12,286 nucleotides of DNA. Source: Candidatus Heimdallarchaeota archaeon (GTDB taxonomy: Archaea; Asgardarchaeota; Heimdallarchaeia; Heimdallarchaeales; Heimdallarchaeaceae). The DNA lies in NCBI GenBank assembly GCA_021399395.1, contig JAAFKJ010000064.1, positions 1 through 12,286 on the forward strand. The letters are read 5' to 3'. The notes beneath the pieces were generated by a model. That model was given only the letters and a program-made list of their open reading frames with translations, was not told where the DNA came from and searched no databases. Every line of letters begins with the position of its first letter. The first letter of the stretch is position 1. Positions 7,915 to 12,286 of the stretch are shown here, piece after piece. A program made the position numbers and the translations under genes.

Positions 7915-9660
7915 CTAACTATTCAGAACTCCACTTGATCGCATGTCACCTAGAATTTGTTCAATCATTTTTTGCTGGTCTGTATTGACTTCACTAGTCT
8001 CTATTTCGATGCTTAATAATAGAGCATTTGTTTCATTGTAGGTTATGCTTACGTGATCTACATCCAAATCTTTCAATTCTGGATCGTCGCCTATATCCCA
8101 TACATAGCTTACTATGATATTGTCTCTATCATATTCAACATGCTTTGTCAATATTTCCTTTTCAGCCATATAGCTGCTTAGTTTATCTACATTTATGGTT
8201 CGATTTAAGGTCATATTGATTGTGAAATCTTTGAGAGCTTTTCTTTCCATCATATTTTTACTCCACCGCAGATAAATTACAATTCCTATCCAACAAACAA
8301 GACTAATGATAAACATTACCAGAGTCCCGTATTTAGACATTAAGCCGCCAAAAACAGTATCAGATGATCCGTATTCACCTACAGCAAAAGCAAAGACTTC
8401 TAGAATAATACTTCCAGCCAAAATCAATTCAATCATGTCGATAGCTCCACCAGTTCTAGTATTTGCTTGAAGAACTTGATTCATACTTTTAGTATTCCTG
8501 GTCATTGCTTTGTTCATGTTTCTCATTTGCATTTCAGAGAGTGTAGAAATGTAGTTTCTTATTCCCTCTAGTTCAGTTAATAGACCATTAATGATTTTGT
8601 CTGCTTCTTTTACTCGCTCTCTTGAGATATTAAGACCTTCTTCAACATCGTAGAAATCATTTAGATCAGCAATGTTATTATCTCTGTAAATTTGTAACAA
8701 ATCAGAAGTTGAATCCTTAAGAAACTCTTGTATTTGGCTGACTAAACTTATGGTACTTGTAAGTAAGGTTATTTGCTCTTGAACACTGTTCAATGCTTCA
8801 GTATTTCCTTTAACTGCTTCTTCTACTAGGTTTTTTATGTTGTTAGATTGGTCATAAAGCTCCCAGATTCTAGACATGAAACAGTCAACAAATGTTCCAA
8901 TAGCATGTTGGATTCCCCAGAAAGTTATCTGGTATTCGTTCTCTTCAGTGAAGTTGTCAATAACTGCAAGTGTTCCTCTTGTACCCTTAAAGAAGATATT
9001 TGATCCTGCTTGGTAAGGATGATGTCCTTCTCCAACTAATTGGTTTATCTCTATTTCGCAATCCTCACCATCACAATACTCTTGTACATCATCATGTTTA
9101 ATATTGATATCCTCACCAACATAGCAAATTGTTTTTGGTCTGTGCATCGGATTTCCGAATATAATCTCTAGAAAGTTTCTTTGAAACTCAGTAAGAAGAC
9201 TATCAATTACCAATGAACTATCTTGCGATAAATCAGCGACCACTCGAGAAAGCTTATCAAGCGACATATAGCTGTTTTGTCCTTCTATCTCACGTAAATT
9301 TAATGAGTATATAACAAAGCCAGTTTTTGAGATGAAAATAGCCATTTCTTCAATCTGAACAATTCCCTCTTCTTCTGGTAAATCTATTACTGCTTCAAGA
9401 TTAACATAACTATCTAATGCATAATCATTTACTAAGACTCTGGTATGTTTTCCCTTGGATGTAAAGATAGGTACATCAGGTGACCGGTCTATCAACCCAG
9501 TAAGAAGAGTCTTATGAGCTCCTTTTTCAATGTCTAGCTTCTTATTCAATTCTCTGAGCTGGTTAGAATCAAAAGGTAACCATTCTACAACAAAAATCTT
9601 CGGATGTTTGATATAGAGAATTTCATCGAGTTCGTCTTTAATGTTATGTGCTATTGTCAT
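7915..9660 (-). CDS. Uncharacterised membrane protein with CorA-like architecture (alpha/beta N-domain, long helical stalk, two TM helices, extra C-terminal soluble domain)
   Basis: 581-aa ORF with a GGTGA SD 9 nt upstream. It has a beta-rich N-region (IEEMAIFISKTGFVIYSL) and long amphipathic helices running into TM1 (IDMIELILAGSIILEVFAFAVG), then a short loop and TM2 (TLVMFIISLVCWIGIVIYL). No GMN motif. The CDS is secure; the family assignment is inference. Confidence 0.6.
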   Translation of the reverse strand: MTIAHNIKDELDEILYIKHPKIFVVEWLPFDSNQLRELNKKLDIEKGAHKTLLTGLIDRSPDVPIFTSKGKHTRVLVNDYALDSYVNLEAVIDLPEEEGIVQIEEMAIFISKTGFVIYSLNLREIEGQNSYMSLDKLSRVVADLSQDSSLVIDSLLTEFQRNFLEIIFGNPMHRPKTICYVGEDINIKHDDVQEYCDGEDCEIEINQLVGEGHHPYQAGSNIFFKGTRGTLAVIDNFTEENEYQITFWGIQHAIGTFVDCFMSRIWELYDQSNNIKNLVEEAVKGNTEALNSVQEQITLLTSTISLVSQIQEFLKDSTSDLLQIYRDNNIADLNDFYDVEEGLNISRERVKEADKIINGLLTELEGIRNYISTLSEMQMRNMNKAMTRNTKSMNQVLQANTRTGGAIDMIELILAGSIILEVFAFAVGEYGSSDTVFGGLMSKYGTLVMFIISLVCWIGIVIYLRWSKNMMERKALKDFTINMTLNRTINVDKLSSYMAEKEILTKHVEYDRDNIIVSYVWDIGDDPELKDLDVDHVSITYNETNALLLSIEIETSEVNTDQQKMIEQILGDMRSSGVLNS

Positions 9661-9661
9661 T

Positions 9662-10288
9662 TTATTTCTTCACCAGCTTGTCTGCAATCCTTAGGAAATA
9701 AGGTTTAGAGATGTAGCTTACATCTTCACTTTCTAAGAAATCTAATTCAAAATCCGAAACGTCACATTCAGGACAATCAATCTTAATTTCTGGTTCATCG
9801 CCCATATTCATAAAGAAATCTAAGTGGGTTTTACAGTGTTCACAGTAAAATAACTTATGCACTTCATCTTGAACGTCCTGAGGAATGATATTCAAGTACT
9901 TAAAGCCAAGATCTGTAATTCTATAAGCTGTTACAAAACCATGTTGAGAGGTGCTCAATCGAATTTTTTCTAATATGTCTAATTCTCTAAGATCTTCTAT
10001 ATCATCAATCCCTTCATATGAGAGATTAACAGTAAAACTACTGCGTCCAAAAAATTGTATAGAAGTAGGTGCATAATCATATGATTCGTAGGTTCCTTTT
10101 ACTATCTGATAATACATCACAGCCCACAAAGGGAGTTCTTTTACCCAGACTTTTTCATTACTTGTTTCTAAATAATGATCGCCCTTTACCCATTTTGTGA
10201 GATAGTTCATAGTATATAGCAAGGTTTGCTGATCTCTCGTTAATCTTGATATATCTAAGTTATCCCCCGTTGATGGTTCCAATGTCAT
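9662..10288 (-). CDS. Uncharacterised winged-helix protein with C-terminal zinc ribbon
   Basis: 208 aa. It shows a helix-wing pattern SYEGIDDIEDLRELDILEKIRL...AYRITDLGFKYL, a YDYAP motif, CEHC...CPEC and a C-terminal EDVSYISKPY. The stop lies 1 nt before the next ATG. Confidence 0.7.
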   Translation of the reverse strand: MTLEPSTGDNLDISRLTRDQQTLLYTMNYLTKWVKGDHYLETSNEKVWVKELPLWAVMYYQIVKGTYESYDYAPTSIQFFGRSSFTVNLSYEGIDDIEDLRELDILEKIRLSTSQHGFVTAYRITDLGFKYLNIIPQDVQDEVHKLFYCEHCKTHLDFFMNMGDEPEIKIDCPECDVSDFELDFLESEDVSYISKPYFLRIADKLVKK

Positions 10289-10298
10289 ACTTTAGGAG

Positions 10299-10322
10299 AA
10301 ATAATTCAGATTATTTTAATCT
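10299..10322 (-). promoter_or_regulatory. TATA-like box (10312-10319) overlapped by two short palindromes
   Basis: Minus-strand TTAAAATA ends 23 nt upstream of ATG 10288. The palindromes are AAATAAT-N4-ATTATTT (10299-10316) and AGATTA-N3-TAATCT (10308-10322). Confidence 0.4.
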
Positions 10323-10338
10323 TTCTGGATAGGAAAGC

Positions 10339-10376
10339 AAAAATGAAAATAAAAAAAGAGTTGAAAGTAAAAAAAA
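10339..10376 (-). terminator. Oligo-T terminator of the gelsolin gene
   Basis: Minus-strand TTTTTTTTACTTTCAACTCTTTTTTTATTTTCATTTTT follows directly after TAG 10377. Confidence 0.65.
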
Positions 10377-11003
10377 CTACCTTTGCTTTTCTAGTTCTTT
10401 GTCTCTCTTGGCAATTCTTTCAATTAGATCTTTGAAGCCTTTAGGTTCTTGTTCTTCCTCAAATGTAAAAACAACTGGACGACGTTTTCTTTCTACATCA
10501 AGTGCTCGTGCAATTTTACCTGCTTCATACTTTTCCTTAACTTGAGATTTTTTACCTATCCAAACATAGATCTCATCATATGCATCTAATACGAACGAAT
10601 CATTAGATTTCAGATTTTTGTGTTTGATGGCAACTTCCTTAGTTGTAATTGTCCCATCATTTTGTTGAATTATCTGTAGAAGTTTATAATCAATATCTAA
10701 CTTTAATTCAAAATGTTTTAAGAAACCAGGAGTATCTCCTTCAACTACTACAAAATCAAGCAGCTCTTTGAACTCTTCAGGTTCATCTCCTTCCATAACA
10801 GTTTTGATAAGAAGGTCTTTATTCTCTTCTTCTACTACCTTAGCAGTCCAAGCACCAACAGCACGATCATCACAATAGGATTTTCCCCCTAACCATATCC
10901 AGAGGTGTGTAGTTGTGGTCACTAAATATACATCTCCATTTAGAAATTTATATGGCTCTTTTACGGGTTTTAGTCTTTTTCTTACTACATGATAGACATT
11001 CAT
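10377..11003 (-). CDS. Two-domain gelsolin (Asgard 2DGel-like actin regulator)
   Basis: Two gelsolin repeats: FLNGDVYLV...LWIWLGGKS...EGDEPEEF and LKSNDSFVLDAYDEIYVWIGKKSQVKEK...EEEQEPKGF. They are joined by GDTPGFLKHF, equivalent to the GFKHV linker of eukaryotic gelsolin. Confidence 0.92.
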   Translation of the reverse strand: MNVYHVVRKRLKPVKEPYKFLNGDVYLVTTTTHLWIWLGGKSYCDDRAVGAWTAKVVEEENKDLLIKTVMEGDEPEEFKELLDFVVVEGDTPGFLKHFELKLDIDYKLLQIIQQNDGTITTKEVAIKHKNLKSNDSFVLDAYDEIYVWIGKKSQVKEKYEAGKIARALDVERKRRPVVFTFEEEQEPKGFKDLIERIAKRDKELEKQR

Positions 11004-11025
11004 GTTACTACTTATCTTCGTAATG

Positions 11026-11093
11026 CATAAAAGATTTATGAAAAAAGCAATCGGTTTAAAATAATTGATTGCTTAGCTCGTAAGATTTTAATA
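11026..11093. promoter_or_regulatory. Divergent promoter region with two TATA-like boxes and a central inverted repeat
   Basis: Minus-strand TTTTATG (11026-11032) lies 22 nt before ATG 11003, and plus-strand TTTTAATA (11086-11093) lies 22 nt before ATG 11116. Between them is AAGCAATC-N14-GATTGCTT (11045-11074). Confidence 0.55.
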
Positions 11094-11115
11094 ATTTAAA
11101 GAAGAATAACTCCAT

Positions 11116-11775
11116 ATGAGTAATGAAGAATCAATTTTTGATGAGGAAGTAGATGAACCTCTTTGGAAGCAAATTACTGAGAAAATTAAACCTTATCTTA
11201 CTCAAGAAGACATTATAAACATGGATTTAGATAGTTTTGGAGCTTTAGTTAAAAGATTACATGGTATTAATGAGCTTACAGAACATGAAATGTCTTATGC
11301 TAAGAAGAATAGAGATTTGATTCTTATACGAATGGGATTATTACATAACATCCCTGATTTAAGTGAAGACGATTTAGAAGTTGGATTAAAACAAATTGCT
11401 GTAAGGTTAGCTACTTACTATTTCAGTAACAATGTTGCTAATTCTCTTGAGGAAGCGCAAACTAAAGTTCTTGAAGTTATGAGAGAAGGATTTTCTTCAA
11501 GTGTTACTGTTAGTCTAAATCCTGAAGAAGAAATCATCACATTAAGAGAAAAATTGTCAATTATTTCCAAAGTGAATCTAGAGAATGCGAAGGATATTGC
11601 TGCATTGCTTACAAAAACAAAAGATAAATTGATGAATATAGGTATATCAGGATCAGTATTTTATGAAATAGATAAGTTCTGTCAAATGCTCAAAAGGCAG
11701 AGAGAAGAAGATCTACCTACAAAGAATGATATTGTCGAAGCATCTTTTGAATGGCAAATGAAAATCCAAAAGTGA
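11116..11775 (+). CDS. Hypothetical all-helical protein; possible distant Vps28 (ESCRT-I)-like protein
   Basis: 219-aa acidic helical ORF with an upstream TATA-like box. The C-terminal ~85 aa show a four-helix pattern (IITLREKL...NAKDIAALL...VFYEIDKFCQMLKR...DIVEASFEW). The CDS is secure; the Vps28 resemblance is by eye only. Confidence 0.5.
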   Translation: MSNEESIFDEEVDEPLWKQITEKIKPYLTQEDIINMDLDSFGALVKRLHGINELTEHEMSYAKKNRDLILIRMGLLHNIPDLSEDDLEVGLKQIAVRLATYYFSNNVANSLEEAQTKVLEVMREGFSSSVTVSLNPEEEIITLREKLSIISKVNLENAKDIAALLTKTKDKLMNIGISGSVFYEIDKFCQMLKRQREEDLPTKNDIVEASFEWQMKIQK

Positions 11776-11780
11776 GTGGA

Positions 11781-12286
11781 ATGGAAGAAGAAACTAAAGT
11801 ACCAGATATACCTTCAATAGAGGAACAAGAAGAAGATGTAACAGGAGAAGAAACCGAAGGAAAGACAACAGGTACTGCTCTTCAAAATATAACCACAAAA
11901 GTAAAAAAAACAGTAAATCTTGATCTATTTGTCCCACAGATTCATGAATGGATAACTGAGAAACTAAAAACAGGTCCAACTTTAGTTATTGGAGAAAATA
12001 TAGGCGAATTTTCAATAGTAATTTCTGATAATCTTCCAAGTGTGATTGCAAGAGAAAGCTCTTCTACTTATGTCAGTCCTCAGTCTGAAGTGAAAGATGC
12101 TTCCATGCTAGAAAAGATTGACTTCAAACCTTTCGACATTGAAAAATTAGCTTCTATGAATGACATTTTCATCAATATTATCGTGATTTTTACTTTGAGA
12201 AAATTAGAGAAAGATAAACAAAAACAACTTCTAAGAGAATGTAAAAGGATGTTGTCAAGAGATGGACAATTAATAGTTGTAGGAGA
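11781..12286 (+). CDS. 3'-truncated class I SAM-dependent methyltransferase-fold protein with degenerate motif I
   Basis: Not in the ORF track because there is no stop within the window. My translation is MEEETKVPDIPSIEEQEEDVTGEETEG...GPTLVIGENIGEFSIVIS...IDFKPFDIEKLASMNDIFINIIVIFTLRKLEKDKQKQLLRECKRMLSRDGQLIVVG. The last 45 aa match the MTase pattern FD-hhhh-F-L-x-LRE-xRxLxxxG-hhh. An in-frame GTG at 11772 overlapping the upstream TGA is an alternative start. Confidence 0.75.
   Translation, partial: MEEETKVPDIPSIEEQEEDVTGEETEGKTTGTALQNITTKVKKTVNLDLFVPQIHEWITEKLKTGPTLVIGENIGEFSIVISDNLPSVIARESSSTYVSPQSEVKDASMLEKIDFKPFDIEKLASMNDIFINIIVIFTLRKLEKDKQKQLLRECKRMLSRDGQLIVVG

Noticed and set aside
11903-11910. 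A8 run as a possible frameshift or phase-variation site
   Set aside because: The reading frame stays open through it (GTA AAA AAA ACA) into the MTase-like domain, and such runs are expected at this AT content.
11794-11979. 61-aa Leu-rich hydrophobic minus-strand ORF resembling a small membrane toxin
   Set aside because: The Leu/Phe richness is the reverse complement of Glu-rich GAAGAA codons of the real plus-strand gene starting at 11781.
1-12286. CRISPR array, tRNA/rRNA, transposase or integrase
   Set aside because: All intergenic gaps are 112 bp or less and AT-rich, with no regularly spaced repeats, cloverleaf-like GC stems or recombinase motifs seen.

Overview
AT-rich, gene-dense archaeal-style chromosomal window, most consistent with an Asgard archaeon (possibly Heimdallarchaeia). 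The evidence is a two-domain gelsolin, TATA-like boxes 20-26 nt upstream of first-gene ATGs, GGAGGT/GGTGA Shine-Dalgarno sites on internal genes and oligo-T terminators. In order, it contains: a 5'-truncated membrane protein with PCI/winged-helix-like and zinc-ribbon domains (+); a cytoplasmic calcineurin-like metallophosphoesterase and a histidine phosphatase (-); a three-gene FtsX/MacB-type ABC module (ATPase, double-FtsX permease, ATPase with AbrB-like and Zn-ribbon tail) (-); a coupled uncharacterised pair, a winged-helix/Zn-ribbon protein plus a CorA-architecture 2-TM protein lacking GMN (-); and a two-domain gelsolin (-). The gelsolin is divergent from a 219-aa helical protein with possible Vps28 resemblance (+), followed by a 3'-truncated degenerate class I methyltransferase-fold protein that the ORF track misses (+). 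The best candidate for an undescribed system is the wHTH-Zn ribbon/CorA-like pair (7915-10288), followed by the gelsolin/Vps28-like divergon. No RNA genes, CRISPR arrays or mobile elements were seen. All family assignments come from reading motifs by eye; no searches were run.
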